Positions 50,201-59,502 of a stretch of 64,000 nucleotides of DNA are shown here, piece after piece. The stretch's first letter is position 1. Each line of letters starts with the position of its first letter. The stretch covers positions 576,001 to 640,000 of the forward strand of contig CBDCNQ010000004.1 of the NCBI GenBank assembly GCA_965219445.1, given 5' to 3'. The notes beneath the pieces are model-generated. The model was not told the origin of the DNA. It worked only from the letters and a program-made list of their open reading frames with translations, and did not search any database. The DNA comes from Longimicrobiales bacterium (GTDB taxonomy: Bacteria > Gemmatimonadota > Gemmatimonadetes > Longimicrobiales > Gaopeijiaceae). A program made the translations under genes and the position numbers.

Positions 50201-50752
50201 ATGACGGTTCTCTGCGTCATTGGTGCCCGGGAGGGAAGTAAGGGGGTACCTGGCAAGAACGTCCGGCCGCTACTCGGCAAACCACTGATTACGTGGTCGA
50301 TCGAGCAAGCATTGGCCGCACCTGAAATCGACCGGTTGGTCGTAAGTACCGATTCCGAACAAATCGCCGATGTGGCCCGCGGCGCCGGTGCAGAGGTCCC
50401 GTTCCTGCGTCCACGGAAGTTGGCGAAGGCCGCAGTTGGCAAGTTCCAGGTGTGGCAGCACGCTCTCGCCGCGTGCGAGGAGTATTTTGGCGAGCAGTAC
50501 GAATGCCTGGTGGACTTGGACTGCACTAACCCCCTGAGGGATGTGCAGGACATCTCGAACACGATCAGTCAGTTCCGCGCTGGCCGGAAACGGGGTGTTG
50601 AGGCGGTCTTCGCTATTTGTGAGGCGCGCAAGAACCCCTATTTCAATCTGGTCGAAGCCGACGAGTATGGGGCACTCAAGATGAGCAAACAGCTCGACAC
50701 AACGGTGGTGAGGCGGCAAGCGGCCCCCCCGGTCTACGAGCACGTGGCCTGA
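50201..50752 (+). pseudogene. acylneuraminate (nonulosonate) cytidylyltransferase, C-terminally truncated
   Basis: GAREGSKGVPGKN, VSTD, TNPLR, NPYFN, RRQAAPPVYE; stops at 183 aa before the C-terminal DID-type motif. Confidence 0.8.
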
Positions 50753-51057
50753 GGGGCCACCTCGATCGTACCCAGGAGACATCTTCAAAACGTTGCCCGG
50801 TCTGACGGTCGAAGAGCCAGCGACGAGGGCGGCCTCCATCCGTTCAGTTCCCCAAAAAGATTAACTTGTTGTGGGCCGCACACCAGATGTTTCTTCTACG
50901 GATGGACGAAGCGGCCGTCATGTCGCACCTGGCCTCCGTCCGGCAACATAGCCTGGCATCCGGCCTCGAACAAACGCTGCTCCAGGCCCGAGCGATGAAG
51001 CGCCGGCACCCCCGGGGTGACTGAACCTCAATCCGCTATCGGACCTCGCGTCAGGCA

Positions 51058-52785
51058 TCACGGCTCCGCGGCACCGATATACCCTTCTTTCTCCAGATGC
51101 AGAAAGATCTGCTGAGCCGCTTCCTCCGGCGAGATATCGGTCGTATCGATGCGGATGGCGGGATGCTTTGGCGCCTCGTATGGATCGGAGATCCCGGTGA
51201 ATTCCTTGATGATGCCGGCGCGTGCCTTGGCGTAGAGCCCCTTACGGTCCCGCTGCTCGCAGACTTCTATGGGAGTGGCGATGTGGACGAGAACGTATCC
51301 CCCCAGGGCGGAAATGAGCTTACGATTCTCTCTTCTGATCGCGGTATACGGCGCGATCGGGGCACAGATCGCGATCCCGCCCGCCTTGGTGATTTCCGAC
51401 GCCACGTACCCGATGCGCCGGATGTTCAGATCCCGGTGCTCCTTACTGAAGCCGAGCTCCGAAGAGAGGTTCTTGCGCACGTGGTCGCCATCCAGGAGGG
51501 TGACGGGCCGGCCGCCCATCTCCAAAAGCTTGACCCGGAGGACGTTGGCGACTGTCGACTTTCCCGAACCCGAAAGCCCAGTGAAGAAAACCGTGAATCC
51601 CTGCCGGTGCCGGGGCGGATGGCTTCTACGTAACTCCCGCTCCACGTCCGGAAAGGTGAACCAGTCCGGAATGCTTCGACCGTCCGCCAAGCGGTCACGC
51701 AGCTCGGTGCCGGAGATAGACTTCGGCTCGACGCCCTCCGGCACTTCATCGACGGGCATGTATTCGGCCCGGTCTTGGACGTAGACCATGAGTCGAAACG
51801 GGACCATCTGAACGCCCAGCTCCTCCTCGTGCTCGCTCATCAACTCCTGAGCGTCGTAGGGCCCGTAGAACGGCGTCTCCGAGGAGTCATTCCCGGGGCC
51901 GGCATGATCCCTACCTACAATCAGGTGGGTGCACCCATGGTTCTTCCGGATGATGGCATGCCAGAGTGCCTCCTTCGGACCCGCCATCCGCATCGCCAGA
52001 TTGAGCAACGCAAGCTTGGCCGTGAACTGAGGGTACGTGCCCAAAAGCGCCTCATAGCACCGCACTCGGGTGAAGTGGTCTACGTCGCCCGGCTTGGTCA
52101 TGCCTACGACGGGATGGATCAGGAGATTCACGCCGACCTCTTTCGAGGCCCTGAGCGTCAACTCCTGGTGGGCACGGTGCATGGGGTTTCGGGTCTGGAA
52201 CGCCACGATCTTCCGCCATCCCAGTCGCGCAAAGTCGTGACGGAGCTCAAGCGGCGTGCTCCGGAGCTCACGGAAATCGTAGTGGCTGGGGCCTTGGACA
52301 CCCTCGACGCGGCCCCCCACGTACACGGGGTTCGACCCCTCCAACAGGTATGCGGCGCCCGGATGCTCCGGATTCGCGGTACCGAACACCTGTTCGGCCT
52401 CCTGCGCCCGGTCGGGCCGCCAGATCTCTTCGACGTGGAGCACGGCAAGCATGACGCCTTCGGGGTCACGCAGAGCCACGGGAGAGCCGACTTCGAGTCC
52501 TTCCGCACACGCTTCGTCGACGTCCAGGGTGATGGGTATCGGCCAGAGCGTCCCGTCCGCCAACCGCATGCTCTCACACACGCTCCCGTAATCGGACGGG
52601 GTCAGGAATCCGTCGAGCGGTGAAAATCCACCGCTCATGAGCAACTCGAGATCGCACATTTGTCGGGCGGTAAGGTCCCAGGAGGGCCAATCCCGTGAGG
52701 CCTCCTGCAGCTCGGAGGCGCGCTCCGGCGGCACGATCACTTGTATGAGCTCGCCGCCGTGAGGAGCAATCAGATGCTCGGTCAT
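51058..52785 (-). CDS. sat: bifunctional sulfate adenylyltransferase / adenylylsulfate kinase (Sat-CysC)
   Basis: FQTRNPMHRAH, VGRDHAG, then GLSGSGKS, LDGDHVR, RDRKGLY, FTGISDPYE. Confidence 0.95.
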   Translation of the reverse strand: MTEHLIAPHGGELIQVIVPPERASELQEASRDWPSWDLTARQMCDLELLMSGGFSPLDGFLTPSDYGSVCESMRLADGTLWPIPITLDVDEACAEGLEVGSPVALRDPEGVMLAVLHVEEIWRPDRAQEAEQVFGTANPEHPGAAYLLEGSNPVYVGGRVEGVQGPSHYDFRELRSTPLELRHDFARLGWRKIVAFQTRNPMHRAHQELTLRASKEVGVNLLIHPVVGMTKPGDVDHFTRVRCYEALLGTYPQFTAKLALLNLAMRMAGPKEALWHAIIRKNHGCTHLIVGRDHAGPGNDSSETPFYGPYDAQELMSEHEEELGVQMVPFRLMVYVQDRAEYMPVDEVPEGVEPKSISGTELRDRLADGRSIPDWFTFPDVERELRRSHPPRHRQGFTVFFTGLSGSGKSTVANVLRVKLLEMGGRPVTLLDGDHVRKNLSSELGFSKEHRDLNIRRIGYVASEITKAGGIAICAPIAPYTAIRRENRKLISALGGYVLVHIATPIEVCEQRDRKGLYAKARAGIIKEFTGISDPYEAPKHPAIRIDTTDISPEEAAQQIFLHLEKEGYIGAAEP

Positions 52786-53154
52786 GGCATTACGGGGGGC
52801 ACAGAGCCCCGCGAGAAGATCATCATAAGGAAGTGCTTCAGGTTGGATGGGTGGCGAACGTCATCCTTCGGTGAGGAAGCTACCGAAAACGTGACGGCCT
52901 GGCCACATGTCCCGACGGGGGACCAGCCCTGTTGTGGAAGGGGGCACCCTAACGATTATGAAACAAATGTTTCCAGATCGGAATCCGAACATACAAAGGA
53001 AAAGAAACCTCGGTCACTTCAGTATGACCCGCTAACAGCAAGTAATATAGCCATTTATGAGCTGAGGGGCTTGCTCTGCTTGTCGAAGTGAGAGCCACCA
53101 CTTACATTGTCCGCGAAAAACAAATATTTCCAACGACCCGCACCAGAGTTTGGC

Positions 53155-53588
53155 ATGCTGAGGGTATTCATCACCGTCGCGATGGGCTTGGCGCTTAACC
53201 TCCCTAGCACGGTACTCGGGCAGCTCCCAGAGTTACCGGTCCATCCGGGAGATCTCATCGAGCTTCGCATCGGCGGGGCGGTTCACAACGGAGGGCTCTT
53301 CGATGTGGATCCGACCGTGACCGTTTCGGGAGCCCTGGCGATGGCGGGAGGGCCACCACGCAGGGCCGGGGCGACGAGGTGTGGGTGTTCCGGGATGGAA
53401 AGATCATCACGACCCTCGTGGAGGGGACAGCGCTGATCGCAGACTCCCCGGTCCGATCGGGCGATCGACTCTTCGTCGCCTGGGCAAGCGCCGTTCCCGA
53501 GCGGAGTTGGATCAGCCGGAACGCGGGTCCCGTCGGAATGTTCGTGGCTGCAACAGCTGGCATCGTTTTCGCCTTCGCCGGCAACTAG
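53155..53588 (+). pseudogene. short SLBB-domain export protein, frameshifted near 53350
   Basis: Signal peptide, PGDLI, GAVHNGGLF, ALAMAGG; continues in another frame as VWVFRDG..RSGDRLFV..PERSWISRN plus TM. Confidence 0.7.
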
Positions 53589-53612
53589 GTCGAATCAACC
53601 CCAGCTGCCTCG

Positions 53613-54591
53613 TCACCCAGTGGCTGCCGCCCCGCAGTACGCCACCACATCATCGATAATCTGATCGATCGACTTCTCGGGCTCCCATCCGAATAGCCCA
53701 CGAATCTTGCCGATGTCCGGCTGCCTACGTTCCATGTCCTCGAAGCCCTCACCGTACGCCTCGTCATAAGGCACCAAAACGATCTCAGACGCGGATCCGA
53801 CTCGATCTTTCACCCGCTCCGCCAGCTCCATGATCGTGATCTCGTTCTCGTTGCCGATGTTGAACGCCTCACCGACGGCCCCGGGAGCGTCGAGAAGGCC
53901 GAGGACCGCCCTTACGGAATCGTCCACATGGCAGAACGAGCGCCGTTGATCCCCGCTGCCGTAGACTGTGATCGGATCGCCGGCTAGAGCCTGCCTCACG
54001 AACGTCGGCATCACCATGCCCCACTCGCCGGTCTGCCTCGGCCCCACGGTGTTGAAGAACCGCCCCAGAATCACCGGCAACCCCTTTTCCTGGTGGTAAG
54101 CCAACGCCAGGAACTCGTCCAGGGCCTTGGTGCACGCATAGGACCAACGCCGGTGCGTCGTGCTTCCCATGACCCGATCGTGCTCTTCATGGAGCTGGTC
54201 GCCACCCTTTCCGTAGATCTCGGAGGTCGAGGCTACGTAAAGCGGCTTCTCGTGCTTACTTATCACAACAATCCAGGACGATCTCCGTGCCGCGGACGTT
54301 GGTGGTGATGGTCTCGACCGGTGCCTCGATGATCTTTCGGACGCCCACCGCGGCGGCCAAATGGACGACACGATCGACATGGCCGATCGTGTCCTTCATC
54401 ATCGGCCAATTCATAATGGAATCGACGATCAGGTGGAGCGAGGGATCGTCCCGGACCCCTGCTAGGTTGTCCAGGCTGCCCGTGGACAGGTCGTCGACCA
54501 CGAAGACGTTCTTGCCACCCTCGAGCAGGCGCTCCACCAGGTGTGAACCGATGAACCCCGCACCGCCGGTGACTAAGATGGAATCTGACAT
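53613..54591 (-). pseudogene. NAD-dependent nucleotide-sugar epimerase disrupted by a 4-bp duplication
   Basis: [26 protein letters not shown] at 54255-54262 creates a stop; remainder ASTSEIYGK, WSYACTK, RFFNTVGPRQ lies in a shifted frame. Confidence 0.88.
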
Positions 54592-54658
54592 CAGGCTAAG
54601 AACCTATCCGATCCAGCCATAACATCAAAACCTGATGAATCGATCCGTGCGATGCCCC

Positions 54659-55678
54659 TCAACCCCGATACGCCCCGCTCTCGATCCGCTCGAGCCACGC
54701 CCCATTAGCCCCGTACCATCCGATCGTCTCGGTGAGCCCTTCCTCGAAATCCACGAGCGGCGCCCAGGACAGCTCCTCCTTTGCCTTCGTGGCATCGACG
54801 GCGTAGCGCCGGTCGTGACCCAACCGGTCCTCCACGAAGCTGACCAAACCCGGATCGGCCCCGGTCTGGTCGAGAATCGCCTTCACGATCTGAAGGTTGG
54901 TGCGCTCTGCGTCTCCCCCGAAGTTGTAGGCCTCTCCGGAACGGCCCTTCCGAAGCGCGGCGTCGAGGCCGCGGCAATGATCCCGCACCTGAATCCAGTC
55001 ACGTACGTTGAGGCCGTCGCCATAGACCGGGAGCGGGTCGCCCTTCATGGCGTTCGAGACCATCAGCGGGATCAGCTTCTCGGGAAACTGGTACGGCCCA
55101 TAGTTGTTGGAGCAGCGCGTCACGACCACATCGAGCTCGAACGTCCGGTGATACGCCAGCACCAGCATGTCACCCGCGGCCTTGGTGGCCGAGTACGGAG
55201 ATCGGGGAGCCAGCGGGGTCGCTTCGGTGAAGCGCTCCGTGGCGGCATCCGCCTCGGTATCGGGCTCGGTCGGGTCCCGCCACGGCAATTCCCCGTACAC
55301 CTCGTCGGTCGAGACGTGGACGAATCGTGGTGGCTTCGGGGCGGCGAGCGCCGCGCTCAAAAGCGTGTGTGTCCCATTGACGTTCGTCCTAACAAACGGT
55401 GCGTCGTGCTCGATAGAGCGATCCACGTGGGACTCGGCCGCCAAATTGAGGACGGCATCGACCTCCTGCACCAACTCACCCATGAGGGAGGCGTCGCAGA
55501 TATCGCCCTGCACGAAGCGGTAGCGTGAATCCGTTTCCAGTCCTGTGAGGTTGTCCAGGTTCCCGGCGTACGTGAGTAGGTCGAGGTTGATCACCTCGGC
55601 GTCCTCGTATTCCTCGAGGAAGTACCGCACCAGGTTGGACCCGATGAATCCGGCGCCACCGGTCACCAGCAGCTTCAA
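54659..55678 (-). CDS. rfbB: dTDP-glucose 4,6-dehydratase
   Basis: LTYAGN, AAESHVDRSI, STDEVYG, SPYSATKA, NNYGPYQFPEKLIP. Confidence 0.96.
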   Translation of the reverse strand: MKLLVTGGAGFIGSNLVRYFLEEYEDAEVINLDLLTYAGNLDNLTGLETDSRYRFVQGDICDASLMGELVQEVDAVLNLAAESHVDRSIEHDAPFVRTNVNGTHTLLSAALAAPKPPRFVHVSTDEVYGELPWRDPTEPDTEADAATERFTEATPLAPRSPYSATKAAGDMLVLAYHRTFELDVVVTRCSNNYGPYQFPEKLIPLMVSNAMKGDPLPVYGDGLNVRDWIQVRDHCRGLDAALRKGRSGEAYNFGGDAERTNLQIVKAILDQTGADPGLVSFVEDRLGHDRRYAVDATKAKEELSWAPLVDFEEGLTETIGWYGANGAWLERIESGAYRG

Positions 55679-55722
55679 GGGTCTACTGCCTCCTGATGGA
55701 AAGACGGTTCACTACGACCCCC

Positions 55723-56493
55723 TCAGACATCGTCCCGGGGCGGCGCCCCGACCGCAGGCATCCGAAGCACCGGCGCGTCCCCGGCGGCTGCAACCAACTG
55801 CGTCGCGTGATACAGCGACGGAATCGTACCGGCATCGGTCCACCAGCCTTCGACGATGTGGTGACGAAGGGAGCCCCATTCGAGGTAGCGGTTGTTGACG
55901 TCGGTGATCTCCAGCTCCCCCCGACCGGAGGGCGAGAGACCTCGCACGATTTCGAACGCACGACCGTCATAGAAGTAGCAGCCTGTCACGGCCAGGTTGC
56001 TCTCAGGCTCAGACGGCTTCTCTACGATGCTCAAGACACGGCCATCGTGCAGCTTGGCCACGCCGAAGCGCTCCGGTCGATCCACCTCCGTGAGCATGAC
56101 CATCGCACCCTGAGGGTCGGCCCGGTAAGCGTCCACGGCCTCCCGGATGGGGGTCTCGAAGATGTTGTCTCCCAGGATCACGCAGATGGGATTGCCATCC
56201 GCGAAGTCCTCGGCGAGCCCGAGGGCCTCGGCGATCCCTCCTTCTCCTTCCTGATAGGCGTAGTTCAGCCGTCGCAAGCCGAACTCCTTGCCGTTGCCCA
56301 ACAGCCGAAGGAAGTCACCGGCATGATTTCCACCCGTCACGATGAGAATGTCATCGATCCCGGCGTGAACGAGCTGCTGAATGGGGAAGTAGATCATCGG
56401 GCGATCGAACACGGGCAGCAGATGCTTGTTCGTGACGCGGGTCATGGGCAGCAGGCGCGTACCTAGCCCTCCGGCCAATACTACGCCCTTCAC
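55723..56493 (-). CDS. rfbA: glucose-1-phosphate thymidylyltransferase (short form)
   Basis: LAGGLGTRL, NKHLLPV, LGDNIF, EKP, RGELEITD, WTDAGT. Confidence 0.88.
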   Translation of the reverse strand: MKGVVLAGGLGTRLLPMTRVTNKHLLPVFDRPMIYFPIQQLVHAGIDDILIVTGGNHAGDFLRLLGNGKEFGLRRLNYAYQEGEGGIAEALGLAEDFADGNPICVILGDNIFETPIREAVDAYRADPQGAMVMLTEVDRPERFGVAKLHDGRVLSIVEKPSEPESNLAVTGCYFYDGRAFEIVRGLSPSGRGELEITDVNNRYLEWGSLRHHIVEGWWTDAGTIPSLYHATQLVAAAGDAPVLRMPAVGAPPRDDV

Positions 56494-57332
56494 AGGACCT
56501 CCGAGAGGTATGCACCCAGGGACTCGCACCAAGGAGTCATCTCACGCCCCAGGATGGCTTCGGCCTTCGAGCAATCGAGCACGGAATACGGTGGACGCTG
56601 CGCGGGCGCACCCCACGCGAATGTGCTCGTGGCCGTCAATTCGACGTCGAGTCCGGCCTCCTGCGCCACCCGGTGCGCCAATTCGAGCCATGATGCCTGG
56701 CCCGCGTCACATACGTGGTACGTTCCCCTCGCACCCGCTTCGGCCAGCTCGAGGATTCCGGGAGCGAGATTACCCGTCCACGTCGGGCAGCCCACCTGAT
56801 CGTCCACCACGGTCATCCCACCACGGCGTTCGCCCTGTTCAAGGACGACATCCACGAAGTCCCAGCCTCCGGGCCCATACAGCCAACTCGTCCGTACCAC
56901 CATCCAGCTGCACCCGGAGACCGCGAGCACCTGCTCGCCGGCCAACTTACTTATGCCATAAGCGTTGAGCGGACTGGTTTCGTCGTCGGGACTGTAAGGA
57001 GTGTCCGCCCTGCCGTTGAAGACATAGTCGGTGCTCGGATAGACGACCGTGGCGCCGATTTGGGCAGCGGCCATCGCCACATTACGTGTACCGTCACGGT
57101 TGACGCTCATGGCTAGATCCGCCTCCCCCTCAGCGCGATCCACCGCTGTGTACCCGGCACAGTGGACGACAATCTCCGGCATTTCCGCTCTCAAGCGCCG
57201 CTCTACGTCTCCGGAGAGGGTGACGTCGAGTGCGGATCGGGCATAGGCCCGGACATCGTAGCCTCTCTCCCCGGCGGTGCGCACGACGGCGTTACCCAAC
57301 AGACCACCGGCGCCTGTGACTAGAATCCTCAA
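56490..57332 (-). CDS. rfbD: dTDP-4-dehydrorhamnose reductase
   Basis: GAGGLLG, YTAVDRAE, STDYVF, YGISKLAGE, DQVGCPT, RPPYSVL. Confidence 0.93.
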   Translation of the reverse strand: MRILVTGAGGLLGNAVVRTAGERGYDVRAYARSALDVTLSGDVERRLRAEMPEIVVHCAGYTAVDRAEGEADLAMSVNRDGTRNVAMAAAQIGATVVYPSTDYVFNGRADTPYSPDDETSPLNAYGISKLAGEQVLAVSGCSWMVVRTSWLYGPGGWDFVDVVLEQGERRGGMTVVDDQVGCPTWTGNLAPGILELAEAGARGTYHVCDAGQASWLELAHRVAQEAGLDVELTATSTFAWGAPAQRPPYSVLDCSKAEAILGREMTPWCESLGAYLSEVL

Positions 57333-57420
57333 GACAGCGTCCTCAAGACAGTGTCCTCATGCCAGCATGCCCAAAGACGGGGTGCCCAAAGACACGGTCC
57401 CCAAGGCAGGCTTCTCAAGA
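57327..57420. repeat. degenerate 14-15 bp tandem array (about 6 units)
   Basis: cctcaagacagcgt cctcaagacagtgt cctcatgccagcatg cccaaagacggggtg cccaaagacacggtc cccaaggcaggctt ctcaaga. Confidence 0.75.
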
Positions 57421-58200
57421 GTAGACCTTCATCCAGTTTCCCCGAAAATCCGTGAGGACGCCCGCACCGGCGGCCAAGAGATTCGGATGGCGCGGCACCG
57501 GCTGATTGAAGGCGGGCTCCGTTCCGTCGGCGTGGATCACTGACCCGCCCGCGGCCCGGACCAACGCGGTACCGGCTGCGACGTCCCACTCACTCTTCGG
57601 GACCAGTGTCCAGGTGCCATCTGCCTGGCCCGCCGCGACGAGCGCCATCTTGAAGGCAACGGATCCGCAGGGCCGTACCTCGCACGGCGCCTCGTCGAGC
57701 CCACTCCACTCACCCCTTCTGACCTCGCTCCGGCTGGCCAGAATCACGGCACCGTCGAGATCGGAAAGACCGGTGACGGACGAGGGACGGCCCTGGTACT
57801 CGACTCCGGTCTCCAGCGATCCGATCACCAGTTCCTCGGTGGCCGGATTGTAGATGCCCCCAGCAACGGGCAGGCCGTCCTCGACCAGGCCCACCGAGAT
57901 ACACCACTCGGGGATCCCATCGACGAACTCCCGGGTCCCGTCGATCGGATCCACCACCCAGACCCGCCGGCACCCCAGCCGGACAGAGTCGTCGATCGAC
58001 TCCTCCGAGAGCCATCCCTCTCCGTGCGCGGGCAGAATCTCCCTGAGTACACGATCGGCCGCTTCATCGGCCGCGGTCAACGGATCGCCCAATTCACTCT
58101 TGATCTCGAACTCGACATCGCCGGACGTGAACGGCTGAATCGCGTCGGCGGCGGCTACGATCGCTTCGTGGACCCTGGCTAGATCGCCCAACCTGGTCAT
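57415..58200 (-). CDS. cysQ: CysQ-like 3'(2'),5'-bisphosphate nucleotidase (inositol monophosphatase family)
   Basis: PLTAAD, LSEE, DPIDGTREF, SRS, EWDVAAG. CysQ versus generic IMPase is not resolved. Confidence 0.75.
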   Translation of the reverse strand: MTRLGDLARVHEAIVAAADAIQPFTSGDVEFEIKSELGDPLTAADEAADRVLREILPAHGEGWLSEESIDDSVRLGCRRVWVVDPIDGTREFVDGIPEWCISVGLVEDGLPVAGGIYNPATEELVIGSLETGVEYQGRPSSVTGLSDLDGAVILASRSEVRRGEWSGLDEAPCEVRPCGSVAFKMALVAAGQADGTWTLVPKSEWDVAAGTALVRAAGGSVIHADGTEPAFNQPVPRHPNLLAAGAGVLTDFRGNWMKVYS

Positions 58201-58227
58201 GCACCCTCTCCCCGTAACCCATCGACA

Positions 58228-59502
58228 TCATTCCCGTAACCCGTCGATATCATCAGTGAATCCTGCAATTTTCTTGGAATCCTTGAATTTTGCCACTTCA
58301 ATCCCGACGCCGGCCCGCTCGAGTGCATCCTCGTACACGCGCTCGATGTCCCCGGCCAGCCGTCGAATCGAATAACGTTCGAGAACCAGCTTACGAGCCC
58401 GCTCCACATCGTCGGGTGACGGGGGAGATGCCAAAACGCTCTCGAGCGCGTCGGCAACCTCATCGTCCGAAGCCGAATGCACAAGGCGTCCCAATTCGCC
58501 CCCCTCGAGTATCTCCGCCACACCCCCGACCGCGAGCGAAGCCACCGGTATTCCACTCGCCAAGGATTCGATCAAAGAGACGGGCGTACCCTCGTCGAAC
58601 GAGGTGAGCGCCGTTACGTCGAAGGCGGGAAATACCTGCGGCAGGTCCTTCCTCCAGCCGAGCCAATGCACGACGTCCTCGAGACCCTTATCCCTCACGT
58701 AGGCCCGTAGCGCGGGCTCCCGCTCGCCCGAGCCCACCACGATCAGATGCGGCGTGGGATCCATTCGGTCCCTGAGCAGCGCCAACGCATCGAACAATAG
58801 TTCGTGATTCTTCACGGGCACCATGCGCCCCACGATGCCGACGACAGGATGGTCCTCCTCGATTCCCAGCTCCGCCCGAAGCCGTGAGCGGGCTGAGGCC
58901 CGATCCGTGTCTGCGAACGGCCGGAGGTTCAGGCCCAGCGGAATCACGGCGAACCGCTCTGGAGGCGCAACGCGCAGATCCTCCGCCATCTCACGGGCCT
59001 GATCGTGCGTGAGGACGACCAGCGTGTCGGTCGACCTCGCCAGTCGCCGCTCGATCTCCAAGAAGAGCCGCGTCTTGATCCTCGAGAAGTAGAGACCCCC
59101 GAGCACGTGCCCATGGAACGTGTGCACGATCACGGGGACGCCGGCAGCCATCGCCGCCAACCGTCCCACCGTCCCCGCCTTGGCGGTGTGCGTGTGTACT
59201 ATGGTGGGCCGCTCGCGACGAAAAATCCGAAGGAGCGTCAGAAACGAACGAAGGTCCCTCAGGGGCGAGAGCAGCCGGGACATGCCCGTGATCTCGGTGA
59301 CCTCCACCCCCCGTTTACGGGCGTAGTAGGTCATGTCTCCCTCGTCCTCGGTGATGTGTCCGGCGATCAGGCGCGTGCGAAACCGAGTGGGATCGAGGGC
59401 CTCCGCCAGGTGAACCACATGCATGGCCGGTCCACCTGTGTTGAGCCGTGCTATGAAACGGTGAACAAGGACCGGGGGATCACTCACCTCACTCCGGCCC
59501 AC
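58228..59502 (-). CDS. glycosyltransferase family 4
   Basis: ARLNTGGPA, HTHTAKAG, HTFHGH, GRMVPVKNH, EGTPVSLIE (EX7E). Confidence 0.92.
   Translation of the reverse strand: MGRSEVSDPPVLVHRFIARLNTGGPAMHVVHLAEALDPTRFRTRLIAGHITEDEGDMTYYARKRGVEVTEITGMSRLLSPLRDLRSFLTLLRIFRRERPTIVHTHTAKAGTVGRLAAMAAGVPVIVHTFHGHVLGGLYFSRIKTRLFLEIERRLARSTDTLVVLTHDQAREMAEDLRVAPPERFAVIPLGLNLRPFADTDRASARSRLRAELGIEEDHPVVGIVGRMVPVKNHELLFDALALLRDRMDPTPHLIVVGSGEREPALRAYVRDKGLEDVVHWLGWRKDLPQVFPAFDVTALTSFDEGTPVSLIESLASGIPVASLAVGGVAEILEGGELGRLVHSASDDEVADALESVLASPPSPDDVERARKLVLERYSIRRLAGDIERVYEDALERAGVGIEVAKFKDSKKIAGFTDDIDGLRE

Noticed and set aside
52790..53150. AT-richer spacer and 116-aa ORF 52741-53091
   Set aside because: No convincing coding signal or fold; probably a divergent promoter region or remnant.
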